Assembly: GCA_037190965.1 (NCBI GenBank)
Contig: JBBCKI010000060.1
Span: forward strand, 1-36,824
Direction of reading: 5' to 3'
Origin: Chthoniobacteraceae bacterium
GTDB taxonomy: Bacteria > Verrucomicrobiota > Verrucomicrobiia > Chthoniobacterales > Chthoniobacteraceae
Length of the DNA stretch: 36,824 bases
The position numbers and the translations under genes are program-made. This document shows positions 1-8,811 of the stretch, piece by piece. Positions within the stretch are counted from its first letter, which is position 1, and the number at the start of each line of letters is the position of its first letter. Below the pieces are notes generated by a model. It saw only the letters and a list, made by a program, of their open reading frames with translations, ran no database searches and was not told where the DNA came from.

Positions 1-13
1 CCGCGCGGTCGTC

Positions 14-36
14 GGAGGGCGGAGCTCCGCGACGCC
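14..36. repeat. Possible REP-like palindrome (GGAG-tagged)
   Basis: GGAG followed by GGCG-GAGCTCCGCGA-CGCC, which contains the perfect 12-bp palindrome GCGGAGCTCCGC (19-30). It lies just downstream of the L,D-transpeptidase stop. Only one copy is in the window. Confidence 0.35.
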
Positions 37-62
37 GCCAGGCCTAAAAGGCCCACTCTTCC

Positions 63-686
63 CTACGACCACCAGGACACAATCCAGGGCCGCGATTTCT
101 CCTCTTCACCGCTCAGCGTCCCCTTCCGGGTGCTGATGATCACCTTCGTGCCCACCTCCACCTGCTTGTAGAGTTCCACGACGTCTTTGGAGCGCATCCG
201 GATGCATCCCCAGCTCACCGGCTTGCCGATCTGTTTCTCCTCCGGCGTGCCATGGATATAAATCCCTCGCCCGCGCGCGTTACGGTTCTGGGTTTCCAAC
301 CCTTGGAGACGAATGATGCGGGTTACGATCGGGTCGCGCCCCGGGGCGTTGGGCGGAAGCACTTCTCCGGTAAAACGCCCTCCCTTGAGCACTGCGCCCA
401 TCGGAAGATCGGCCCCGACCTTGTCGCAAACCTGAAATGTCCCCACCGGGGTTTTGTAGCTATGAAATGCGTCGCCGAGACCGAAGCGCGAGGTCGAAAT
501 CGGGAAGGAAGCCACCGCGAGCCCGCCTTTGACGACCCGCAGCTTTTGTTCGTCCACGTCGATCACAATCTCGGGCTGCTTCGGAATGACTCCCGCAACG
601 GCAGAAGATCGGCCTTCCATCAGCCCCGCCAACAAAATTGCCGAAGCGAAAAACAACCGGGGGTTGATTAAAGGAAACCGTCTCAT
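63..686 (-). CDS. L,D-transpeptidase (YkuD/ErfK family), exported
   Basis: N-terminal signal peptide; IVIDVDEQKL, KTPVGTF and the catalytic motif IYIHGT...SWGCIRM. Confidence 0.92.
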   Translation of the reverse strand: MRRFPLINPRLFFASAILLAGLMEGRSSAVAGVIPKQPEIVIDVDEQKLRVVKGGLAVASFPISTSRFGLGDAFHSYKTPVGTFQVCDKVGADLPMGAVLKGGRFTGEVLPPNAPGRDPIVTRIIRLQGLETQNRNARGRGIYIHGTPEEKQIGKPVSWGCIRMRSKDVVELYKQVEVGTKVIISTRKGTLSGEEEKSRPWIVSWWS

Positions 687-831
687 GCGGCTCCGTTTCT
701 ACACGACGCGCGGATTTTCGTGAAGTCCGATTGTGTCACATTTCTGCGACAAACGATCTTTTCCGGGTCAAATTGACGCAAGGGGGTTGATTCCGGCGCA
801 AGCAAACCCGATAGTCGTCATTCGCCACAGG

Positions 832-2835
832 ATGAGTTTTCCAATCTTCAACACTGCTCCCGGAAAAGCGCGGCGCGCCTTGAGTTCATGGGCCGCCCTG
901 CCCCAGGCTGTCATTGCAATTTTTCTGGTTCTTCTTCTGACGGGCTGCTCCAACAACCCCAACCCCGCCCCGTTGCATTCCACGCGCCCGGACGGCTCCC
1001 CCTGGGTCGTGACCTACCGGGCGCTCGGCGAGGACCCACGCTCGCTCGATCCCCAGTTCAGCTACGACACGCTGAGCAACGTCGTGATCAGCCAGGTCTA
1101 CGAAAGCCTGCTGCAATACAACCTTTTCAAGACGGACCCCTACGAACTCGAGCCCGGGCTTGCCGAATCGATGCCCCGGCGAATTCAGAACCCCGACGGC
1201 ACGGAGGCCTACGAAGTGCGCCTCAAACGCGGTATCCGCTTTCATGACAGCCCCGCATTCCCCGGTGGCAAGGGCCGGGAACTGACCTCGGCCGACTTTG
1301 TCTACACCTTCCAGCGAATCGCCGATCCGAAAGTGGAGTGCCCCGTTCTCTCCACCTTGCAGGAGTTCATCGTGGGCCTCGCCCCCGCCTACAAGGAGGC
1401 GGTTAAGACGGAAAAATTCGATTACTCCAAGCCGACCGGGGCCATTACGGTGATCGATAGTCACACTTTCCGCATCAATCTCATCAAACCCTATCCGCAG
1501 TTGCTCTATTGGCTGGCGATGCCGTTCACCGCGCCGGTCGCGCACGAGGCCGTGAAATATTACGACGGCAAAGAGGGGCGCGAGCAGTTCAAGTTCAGTC
1601 CCGTGGGCACCGGCCCGTTCCGGATGGCGGAATGGGATCGGGGACGCCTGATCCGGCTGGAGCGCAACCCGCATTACATCACGACGCGCTTCCCTGAGGG
1701 CGGCTGGCCCGCCGAAGAGGATGCCCGTTTTCGCCCGCTTGCGGGCGCTGCGCTTCCCTTTATAGATGAAGTGCAGATGGCGATCATCCGGGAGGCGGTG
1801 CCGAGATGGCTCATGTTCCGGCAGGGGTATCTCGACCGCTCCGGAGTGAGCAAGGACAACTTCAACTCCGTCGTCACCTCCGGCATGACGCTTTCCAAAC
1901 AGTTCGAGGAGCGCGGTGTGCAGCTTTACCGCGACGTCGAGCCGACAACGGCCTATCTCTCGTTCAACATGGACGACCCCGTGGTGGGCAAAAACCAGAA
2001 GCTCCGGCAGGCGCTTTCAATGGCTTATGACGCTCAGCGCGCCAACGAGATCTTCAGCAACGGCGTTGATCTCAAGGCGGAACAACTGTTGCCGCCCGGC
2101 GTGGTCGGTTACGACCCTAACTTCAAGAACCCGTTCCGCGTTTTCAACCTCGATAAAGCGAAGGAACTTCTCGCCGAGGCGGGATATCCCGGGGGCATCG
2201 ATCCGAAGACGGGCAAGCCGTTGCAATTGACGCTCGACGTAGTCGGCGGCAGCTCCGCAGGCCGCCAACGTGCGGAGTTCGACCAGAAGCAGATCGAGCA
2301 GCTTGGCATCCAATGCAAGATCGAGGAGAACACCTGGGCGCGTTTCCAGGATCGGCAAAACCGGGGGCTCTTCCAGATGAACACCGGTTCCGGCTGGCAT
2401 GCCGATTTCCCCGACGCGGAGAACTTCTTCTTCCTTTTCTACAGCAAGAACATTCCGCCCGAGGGAAATAACAGCAGCCGCTTTTCAAACCCCGAATTCG
2501 ACCGGCTCTTCGAGAAGATGTCTACCATGGAGAACGGCCCGGAACGCCTTGCGATCATCCGGAAGATGGACCATATCCTCGTCGAGCAATGCCCCATCAT
2601 CTTCGATTCCCACCAGGTTGTCTTCAGCCTCAGCCAGCCCTGGCTGCCGCGCGTCTCCGACAACTCGATGCTCTCGGGCGGAGGGATGAAGTACGTGCAA
2701 CTTGACCCCGTTCTGCGCGAGAAAAAACAGGAGGAATGGAACCAATCGCCTATGTGGCCCACCTGGACACTTCTGGGCATCGTTCTGGGCACCATCGGCT
2801 ATGTCACGGCCTGGGCAAAGAAACATAACGCGTAA
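832..2835 (+). CDS. ABC transporter substrate-binding protein, family 5 (OppA/DppA-like), lipoprotein with a C-terminal TM helix
   Basis: Lipobox LLTGC; DPRSLDP, VYESLL, GIRFHD, PVGTGPF and LRQALSMA motifs. Start taken at ATG 832 (the ORF track opens at 733). Confidence 0.92.
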   Translation: MSFPIFNTAPGKARRALSSWAALPQAVIAIFLVLLLTGCSNNPNPAPLHSTRPDGSPWVVTYRALGEDPRSLDPQFSYDTLSNVVISQVYESLLQYNLFKTDPYELEPGLAESMPRRIQNPDGTEAYEVRLKRGIRFHDSPAFPGGKGRELTSADFVYTFQRIADPKVECPVLSTLQEFIVGLAPAYKEAVKTEKFDYSKPTGAITVIDSHTFRINLIKPYPQLLYWLAMPFTAPVAHEAVKYYDGKEGREQFKFSPVGTGPFRMAEWDRGRLIRLERNPHYITTRFPEGGWPAEEDARFRPLAGAALPFIDEVQMAIIREAVPRWLMFRQGYLDRSGVSKDNFNSVVTSGMTLSKQFEERGVQLYRDVEPTTAYLSFNMDDPVVGKNQKLRQALSMAYDAQRANEIFSNGVDLKAEQLLPPGVVGYDPNFKNPFRVFNLDKAKELLAEAGYPGGIDPKTGKPLQLTLDVVGGSSAGRQRAEFDQKQIEQLGIQCKIEENTWARFQDRQNRGLFQMNTGSGWHADFPDAENFFFLFYSKNIPPEGNNSSRFSNPEFDRLFEKMSTMENGPERLAIIRKMDHILVEQCPIIFDSHQVVFSLSQPWLPRVSDNSMLSGGGMKYVQLDPVLREKKQEEWNQSPMWPTWTLLGIVLGTIGYVTAWAKKHNA

Positions 2836-2841
2836 CCAGCC

Positions 2842-3984
2842 ATGCTGAACTACCTGATCCGCCGCGTCCTCTACATGGTGCCGATTCTCCTAGGCGTCAT
2901 GATCATCACGTTCATTCTCTTCTACATGGTCAACAAGCCCGAGTCGATGGCCCGGCAGATCCTCGGCCCCAAGGCCTCCCCGCAGGCGATCGAGAACTGG
3001 CTGCGCAACCGGGGCTACGACAAGCCGGTCTACCTCAACGTCGACCCACAGAAGAGCCTCCTCCATTGGTTTCTGGTCTTCGGCACCGTCGACCAAAAAC
3101 CACTCCCCGCCGAGCCGGGACAGGAGAAAGGACAAGAGAAAGACAAGGGGGTGCTCCAGCGTCTCCTGAGTCCGGGCCCGATCGAGCGCAAGCCGGTGCA
3201 GATCACCCCGGACTCCGAAAAGAGCTACTTCGACTCGCAGTTTTTCAACAGCATCAAGAACTTCGCGACCTTCAACCTCGGCATCTCCGACGCCACCGAT
3301 GAGCCGGTCGCCAACATGATCAAACGAGGCATCATCCCCTCCCTGCTGATCACTATCCCCGCTTTTGTCATCGGGTTGACGCTCTCCCTCCTGCTCTCGC
3401 TGCTTCTGGTGTTTGTCCGCGAGTCGCTGCTCGACAAGTGGGGCATTGTTTTCTTCGTCGCGACGATGAGCATCCCCATCATCGTCTATGTGATCTTCGG
3501 CCAATGGCTGGCGGCCAATGTCTTCGCCTACTTCCCGGCGTTCGGGTTCAACATGGAGGGCTTCTCCACGGCGCGGTTCCTGGCGTTGCCGGTCGCGATC
3601 ATGGTATTGAGCGGCCTCGGCGGGGATGTCCGTCTTTACCGCGCCATTTTCCTGGAGGAGATCAAGGCCGATTATATCCGCACCGCGCAGGCCAAGGGAG
3701 CCTCCCACGCCCGCGTTCTTCTGGTTCACGTGTTGAAGAACGGGATGATCTCCCTCATCACGCTGGTAGTCGCCTCGCTCCCGTTCCTCATTATGGGAAC
3801 GCTGGTCATCGAAAATTTCTTCGGCATCCCGGGGCTCGGAAACATGACCACCAACGCCATCACCACACTGGATTTCTCGCTCATCCGCGCCAACGTCTAT
3901 TTCGGCTCGATCCTCTTCCTCTTCGGCCTGTTGCTGACTGACCTCTGCTACGCTGCCGCCGATCCACGCATCCGCCTGCAATGA
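2842..3984 (+). CDS. ABC transporter permease (OppB/DppB-like)
   Basis: MLNYLIRRVL start; DYIRTAQAKG EAA-type loop; HVLKN; IENFFGIPGLG; DPRIR end. Confidence 0.93.
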   Translation: MLNYLIRRVLYMVPILLGVMIITFILFYMVNKPESMARQILGPKASPQAIENWLRNRGYDKPVYLNVDPQKSLLHWFLVFGTVDQKPLPAEPGQEKGQEKDKGVLQRLLSPGPIERKPVQITPDSEKSYFDSQFFNSIKNFATFNLGISDATDEPVANMIKRGIIPSLLITIPAFVIGLTLSLLLSLLLVFVRESLLDKWGIVFFVATMSIPIIVYVIFGQWLAANVFAYFPAFGFNMEGFSTARFLALPVAIMVLSGLGGDVRLYRAIFLEEIKADYIRTAQAKGASHARVLLVHVLKNGMISLITLVVASLPFLIMGTLVIENFFGIPGLGNMTTNAITTLDFSLIRANVYFGSILFLFGLLLTDLCYAAADPRIRLQ

Positions 3985-4973
3985 TCTCTCTACCCATCTG
4001 GCTTCAAAATACGCTGATCCTGCTCGTTTGCGCCGGCTTCGTGATGCTGGTCCGGGGGTATCTGTTCTCGGAACGCTCCCGCCGGGCCTTGAAGCGCCTG
4101 CGCCGCGACCCTATGGGCCTTCTCTGCGCGGGAGTTGTCATTGCCTATCTGCTGGTCGGGCTCATGGACTGCATCCAGGTCAACCCGCAACAAAGCCTGC
4201 TCGACTACGCGTTCAAAGGCATCCCGCAGGAGCGCGGCTACAGCGCGCCATTGGCGCGAACCACCTACGACGAGAGAAACCCGGAGCCGCTCAAAGGGCT
4301 CCATCTTCTGGGCACCGACATTCTCGGCAAGGATGTCTTCGTCCAGACCCTTAAAGGCTGCCGGACTGCCCTGATCATCGGCGGGCTTACCAGCGTTATC
4401 TACCTTCCCGTGGGAGCGCTGCTCGGGATTCTCGCCGGGTATTACCGACGCTGGGTTGACGACGCGATCCAATATATTTACAGCACGGTCGCCTCAATTC
4501 CGGGGATCCTGCTTCTTATTGCCGTCCTGATGATCCTCGGCAAGGGGCTTGGCAACATGGCCATCGCGCTGAGCATCACCGCCTGGATCGGCCTCTGCCG
4601 CCTCGTCCGGGGCGAAACGCTCCGGCAGGCCTCGCGTCCTTATGTGGAAGCCGCCCGCGCGCTCGGGCAAAGCAACTGGCGCATCATCACCTTCCATATC
4701 CTGCCCAACGTGATGCATCTGGTCATCATCAACGCCGTGCTCGGCTTCTCGGGGCTGGTGATGGCCGAATCAATCCTGAGCTACCTCGGCGTCGGCGCTC
4801 CCGTGGGAACGGCAAGCTGGGGCGCGATGATCGACTCCGCCCGCATGGAACTGAGCCGCGATCCTGTCGTCTGGTGGACCGTCACCGCCGCCAGCGGCGC
4901 GCTTTTCCTTCTGGTCCTCTCGCTCAACATCCTGGGCGACTCGCTACGCCGGGCGTTCGATCCCAAGAGATAG
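3981..4973 (+). CDS. ABC transporter permease (OppC/DppC-like)
   Basis: HLLGTDILGKDV, YVEAARALG, HILPN, ESILSYLGVG and LGDSLRRAFDP motifs; ATGA overlap with the upstream permease. Confidence 0.93.
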   Translation: MISLPIWLQNTLILLVCAGFVMLVRGYLFSERSRRALKRLRRDPMGLLCAGVVIAYLLVGLMDCIQVNPQQSLLDYAFKGIPQERGYSAPLARTTYDERNPEPLKGLHLLGTDILGKDVFVQTLKGCRTALIIGGLTSVIYLPVGALLGILAGYYRRWVDDAIQYIYSTVASIPGILLLIAVLMILGKGLGNMAIALSITAWIGLCRLVRGETLRQASRPYVEAARALGQSNWRIITFHILPNVMHLVIINAVLGFSGLVMAESILSYLGVGAPVGTASWGAMIDSARMELSRDPVVWWTVTAASGALFLLVLSLNILGDSLRRAFDPKR

Positions 4974-5046
4974 AGCGTTTTTGAGTTAGAGGTTTACAGT
5001 AATTTGCGAGCGCCGTGAACTGGTGAGTGACCCTCGGCGTCCCGTT

Positions 5047-5147
5047 CCAAAGCGGTGCCGAGCACCGCACTCCAAGACGCTGCCGCGCGATAAAACGCTC
5101 CAAAACCCGCGCCAGCGTCTTGGAGTGCGGCGGTTCTCCGCCGCTTT
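5047..5147. repeat. REPIN-like element: two inverted GGAG-tagged REP units
   Basis: Perfect 18-bp inverted repeat CCGCACTCCAAGACGCTG (5065-5082) / CAGCGTCTTGGAGTGCGG (5113-5130). Each arm ends in a small hairpin (GCGGTGC-cga-GCACCGC; GCGGCGG-ttct-CCGCCGC). A related copy lies at 13356-13455. Confidence 0.8.
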
Positions 5148-5262
5148 CGTTCGCAAAAGGAGCGTCTAGGTCCCCCGATAATTCATTCGAATATCGGCGA
5201 TAATTGATGAAACGAACCTACCCGTCAGCACGATAAGCTGGTTGTGTCTACGAATCGAGAAT

Positions 5263-5877
5263 CTAGGCCTTATTCCTGGAACGAGCCGCCCAGAGCAGCC
5301 CCATCCCCGGCAGCAACAGCCAAGCCAGCGTCGGTTCGGGGATGACTTCCACCTTACCCACCAGGGTGGGTGACTCGCTAACCCAAAGATAGAGACTCTC
5401 CTCGCCGAACGACAACAGAAGGCTCTCCAATCCCGGTTCTGATTCAAAGATGGCGTAAGAATAGACCGTTCCGTCTCCCTCAATGTTTAGCGAGAAGGAG
5501 ACAGGATCTTCTGAGTAATTCCACGCATCTCCGATATACGAATGCACACTGGAAGAATTCACCTGCAAATCGCCGGGATTCATGGGGTAGCAATTGAACC
5601 AATCACCCATTTCGGTAACATTTAGTGAGCCGGTACCCGTTGAATTGCTGCCAGCGTATAATATGTATGAACCCGTACCCAGGGAGAGGGAAATTCCCTG
5701 CCCTGGGTCGAGGGACAATGAACCGGTGGAATAAGAGCCGAGCCACTGGAAGGTCTTGGTCGCGGAATCGATCCGCAAAACAATTTCCGCTTGAGACGAA
5801 TGAGCGGAAAGCAGCAGCGCGGTGATTCCCAGAATGGATTTGGATAAGGTTCTTAAAAGGACGGCGGATTCAAACAT
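5263..5877 (-). CDS. PEP-CTERM sorting-domain surface protein
   Basis: Signal peptide ending SQA; Ser/Gly/aromatic-rich body; C-terminal IPEP + hydrophobic helix + basic tail (IPEPTLAWLLLPGMGLLWAARSRNKA). Start ATG 5877 (alternative TTG 5892). Confidence 0.85.
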   Translation of the reverse strand: MFESAVLLRTLSKSILGITALLLSAHSSQAEIVLRIDSATKTFQWLGSYSTGSLSLDPGQGISLSLGTGSYILYAGSNSTGTGSLNVTEMGDWFNCYPMNPGDLQVNSSSVHSYIGDAWNYSEDPVSFSLNIEGDGTVYSYAIFESEPGLESLLLSFGEESLYLWVSESPTLVGKVEVIPEPTLAWLLLPGMGLLWAARSRNKA

Positions 5878-6007
5878 CGGATTCACATACAATCGTCAAA
5901 GGGGAAGCGTCAAAGCTATTCATATTGAATATTCATGATAAGCCCCCTGAATATCCAAACTTGAACATTTGCACCCCCTCTTTTAGCTTGTGTTTATATT
6001 CCAGTTG

Positions 6008-6808
6008 CTACCGATAGCAAAACGGTCCCATTTCAGGCGGCAGTTGCCCGTGCTTGATAAGCAGCTCCCTGAACTTCGCCATGCCCGCTTTCTCCGGATC
6101 GCCCAGCCCGAACCGGATGAATTCAGTCAGATAGCGCAGGGCAAACTCCGGGTCGGGATGAGTTGAGGCGATCTCCGGCGTCATGGCCTCGCCCTGACGG
6201 GCGATCTCTCGGAACGCCCGGGCCACCCGCGCGGGCTCGCGGACTTCCGGGCGCATCAACCAGACCGCGAAAACGAAGGGGAGCCCGGTACGGCGCAGCC
6301 ATTCTTCGCCGAAGTCGAGATAGTTGTAGCGGTCGCCGTGCTGTTCGCGAAACTCGATGGCTTGGTTGCCGATCAGCAAGCGGGCCGCGCCGGGCGGCAT
6401 CGGTTCCGAGGCAGGCAGATAGCAGGGAACCGCCGCTCCCCATTCCGCAAAGAGCACCTTGCAAAGATTGGCGGAGGTGAGCGATGCCGGGTCGAGCACG
6501 ATCTCGCGAATCGCCGTGAAATCCCCCTGATAGGCGACAAACACGCTCCAGACCGGGCCGCGCGCCGAAATGGAAACTCCATTCACAATCGGAAAACCAG
6601 GCGAGCGGAGGGCTTCGAAAACCGGCACCAACGCGACATCAAGCTCGCCCCGCGCCAACATGGCCGCGAGGATGGAGGGGTGTTCGAGCGTCACCGGGCC
6701 TCCCACGCGCTCGTAAGGCTCAATCAACGGCCTGGCGTTGAGATAGCGGACGCACCCGATCCGCAGCCCTTGCAGGGCCCCGAAACCCGAACTTAAATCC
6801 GCGCTCAT
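6008..6808 (-). CDS. mqnA: Chorismate dehydratase (futalosine menaquinone pathway)
   Basis: IGCVRYLNARPL, ASLTS, LLIGNQAI and DFGEEW...TGLPFVFAVW motifs; coupled to mqnE by a 4-bp overlap. Confidence 0.88.
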   Translation of the reverse strand: MSADLSSGFGALQGLRIGCVRYLNARPLIEPYERVGGPVTLEHPSILAAMLARGELDVALVPVFEALRSPGFPIVNGVSISARGPVWSVFVAYQGDFTAIREIVLDPASLTSANLCKVLFAEWGAAVPCYLPASEPMPPGAARLLIGNQAIEFREQHGDRYNYLDFGEEWLRRTGLPFVFAVWLMRPEVREPARVARAFREIARQGEAMTPEIASTHPDPEFALRYLTEFIRFGLGDPEKAGMAKFRELLIKHGQLPPEMGPFCYR

Positions 6809-7920
6809 GCGGGCTGCATTTCCTGAGTGCCGCGGATTCGCTCGTAATAGGTGTTACGCTGCATCGGCTCCCGGCCTGCCTCACGGATCACCCGCTCCAG
6901 CGCGGCCACTGTCTGTTCTTGCGGCGTTTTGGCCCCGGCCATGTGGAAGATCTTTTCCTCCATGATCGTGCCGTGAAGATCATCCACTCCGTAATTGAGC
7001 GCGACCTGGGCCAGCGGCAACCCGAGGCTGATCCAGTAGGCGGTGATATGATCGAAGTTATCGAGATAAATGCGCGACACCGCAAGATTGCGAAGCTCCT
7101 CGAAACCGCTCGCGGGTTTGATGTGCGAAAGCTCGGTGGTTTCCGGGACGAAGGCAAACGGGACAAACCCGGTGAAGCCGCCGGTCTCGTCCTGCAATTC
7201 GCGCAGCCGCCGCAAGTGATCCACACGTTGGCTCGGCGTTTCAATATGCCCGTAGAGCATGGTGCAGGTGGAGCGCCCGCCCATCCCGTGCCAGATCCGA
7301 TGAACCTCCAGCCATTCGTCGGCATTCTCCTTGCCTCGGCAGATCTGATCCCTCACGGCGTCGTCGAAAATCTCGGCACCGCCCCCGGTCAGGGAACCGA
7401 GCCCCGCCTCCCGAAGCAGCGCCAGAGTATCCGGGATCGACTGCTTGAAAACGCGCTCCGCCAGATGCCGGATCTCAATGGCGGTAAAGCACTTCAGGTG
7501 CAGATCGGGATCGAGCGCGCGCAACGAACGGAGAAGGTCGAGATACCACTCCCCCTTCAATGTCGGATGCAGGCCACCGACCATGTGGATTTCCGTGATC
7601 CCCTTCTCCAGCTCGCTCCGCACCGCTTCGACGACCTCCGGGATTGCCATTTCAAAAGCATGCGCATCCCGCTTTCTCGCGCTGAAAGCGCAAAACTGGC
7701 ACGAGAGAATGCAAATGTTGGAGTAGTTGATGTACCGGTTGAGGATGTAAGTGGCGACGTTGCCGTTCTTCCGCTCCCGGATGAGATTGGCAATCGCGCC
7801 GATGGCGTTGATCTCCGGGCTGGTGTAGAGCGTCAGGGCGTCGCTGTCGGCAATGCGTTCTCCCGCTGCAACCTTATCGTAAATCGGCAGGAGAGACTCG
7901 GGAATCAGCACGCGTTTCAT
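6805..7920 (-). CDS. mqnE: Aminofutalosine synthase, radical SAM (CofH/MqnC/MqnE family)
   Basis: CxxxCxxC motif (CILSCQFC). EIHMVGGLHP, GGGAEIF, TMLYGHIE, LDNFDHITAYW and DDLHGTIMEEKI favour MqnE over MqnC. Start ATG 7920. Confidence 0.85.
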   Translation of the reverse strand: MKRVLIPESLLPIYDKVAAGERIADSDALTLYTSPEINAIGAIANLIRERKNGNVATYILNRYINYSNICILSCQFCAFSARKRDAHAFEMAIPEVVEAVRSELEKGITEIHMVGGLHPTLKGEWYLDLLRSLRALDPDLHLKCFTAIEIRHLAERVFKQSIPDTLALLREAGLGSLTGGGAEIFDDAVRDQICRGKENADEWLEVHRIWHGMGGRSTCTMLYGHIETPSQRVDHLRRLRELQDETGGFTGFVPFAFVPETTELSHIKPASGFEELRNLAVSRIYLDNFDHITAYWISLGLPLAQVALNYGVDDLHGTIMEEKIFHMAGAKTPQEQTVAALERVIREAGREPMQRNTYYERIRGTQEMQPA

Positions 7921-7957
7921 GAGGCGTGCTGATTCTACGCATACCGCCGCGCGGGAG

Positions 7958-8770
7958 TCACCTTTGTTTTCCGTCGGAGTTCGGGGTGAATGCTCCCGCA
8001 AGCTCGATTGCGACATCGTTGCCCTTTTTCAGCCGGGCCACCTCAGCCCGCGCCATGGCCTCCTGAACCGGCGTGGTGAAGAAAACCGCCGTGGCCCCGC
8101 CTTCCAGCGCGCGCCCGAACAATGTTTTGAAATCATCTGCCGTGACCGTCACTTCGGTTACCGGGCGGCCATCCAGACTTCCGGAAATCCCGTTAAGTCC
8201 CTCCAAGCCCTTCAAGCCGGTCTCTCCCGTGGCGAAATAGACCTTATCAGGCCCTTTGGCCCCTTTTTCAAAAAAGGAAAGAGCTCCTGAGTTGATGCAA
8301 TACCGGAGATTCGTCGGGGCGGGGCCATCGTTGAAGACATGCCCAAGATGCGCTCCACAGCGGGCACAATGGATCTCGGTCCGCACCATCCCGTAACTGC
8401 GATCTTCCTTCCTCCCGATGTTTTCGGCCGCAAAAGGCTGGAAAAAACTGGGCCAACCGGTGCCGGAATCGAACTTCGCGTCGGAGCGGAACAGCGGCAA
8501 ACCGCATCCCGCGCAGGCATAAACCCCGTCCTTATGGTTGTCGTGAAAGACCCCGCAAAACGCGGCTTCCGTCCCATGACCTCGCGTAATCTTAAACTGC
8601 TCCCCGGAAAGCCGCGAGCGCCAGACCTCTTCAGGTTTCACAATTTTCGGGACAACGACCGGCTCCGTCGCTTTTCCATCCATGTCGAGCAAGCGCACCG
8701 GCAAGGTCTCAGAGGGCAGAGCCGTGGCGATCACCGGAAGCATGGCAAGCATCAGCAGCATCAGCTTCAT
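7958..8770 (-). CDS. msrB: Exported peptide methionine-(R)-sulfoxide reductase MsrB with a ~95-aa C-terminal extension
   Basis: Signal peptide; two Zn-binding CxxC; KFDSGTGWPSF, HLGHVF, and catalytic RYCINS. Confidence 0.93.
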   Translation of the reverse strand: MKLMLLMLAMLPVIATALPSETLPVRLLDMDGKATEPVVVPKIVKPEEVWRSRLSGEQFKITRGHGTEAAFCGVFHDNHKDGVYACAGCGLPLFRSDAKFDSGTGWPSFFQPFAAENIGRKEDRSYGMVRTEIHCARCGAHLGHVFNDGPAPTNLRYCINSGALSFFEKGAKGPDKVYFATGETGLKGLEGLNGISGSLDGRPVTEVTVTADDFKTLFGRALEGGATAVFFTTPVQEAMARAEVARLKKGNDVAIELAGAFTPNSDGKQR

Positions 8771-8811
8771 CCCCTACTTTAGTCCTGCTCATGCCTTATT
8801 GGCAAGGAGGC

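Noticed and set aside
2890..3981. 363-aa minus-strand ORF
   Set aside because: Antisense shadow of the permease.
6805..7920. MqnC or CofH assignment
   Set aside because: VGGLHP, HITAYW and GTIMEEKI motifs fit MqnE better; not confirmed by HMM.
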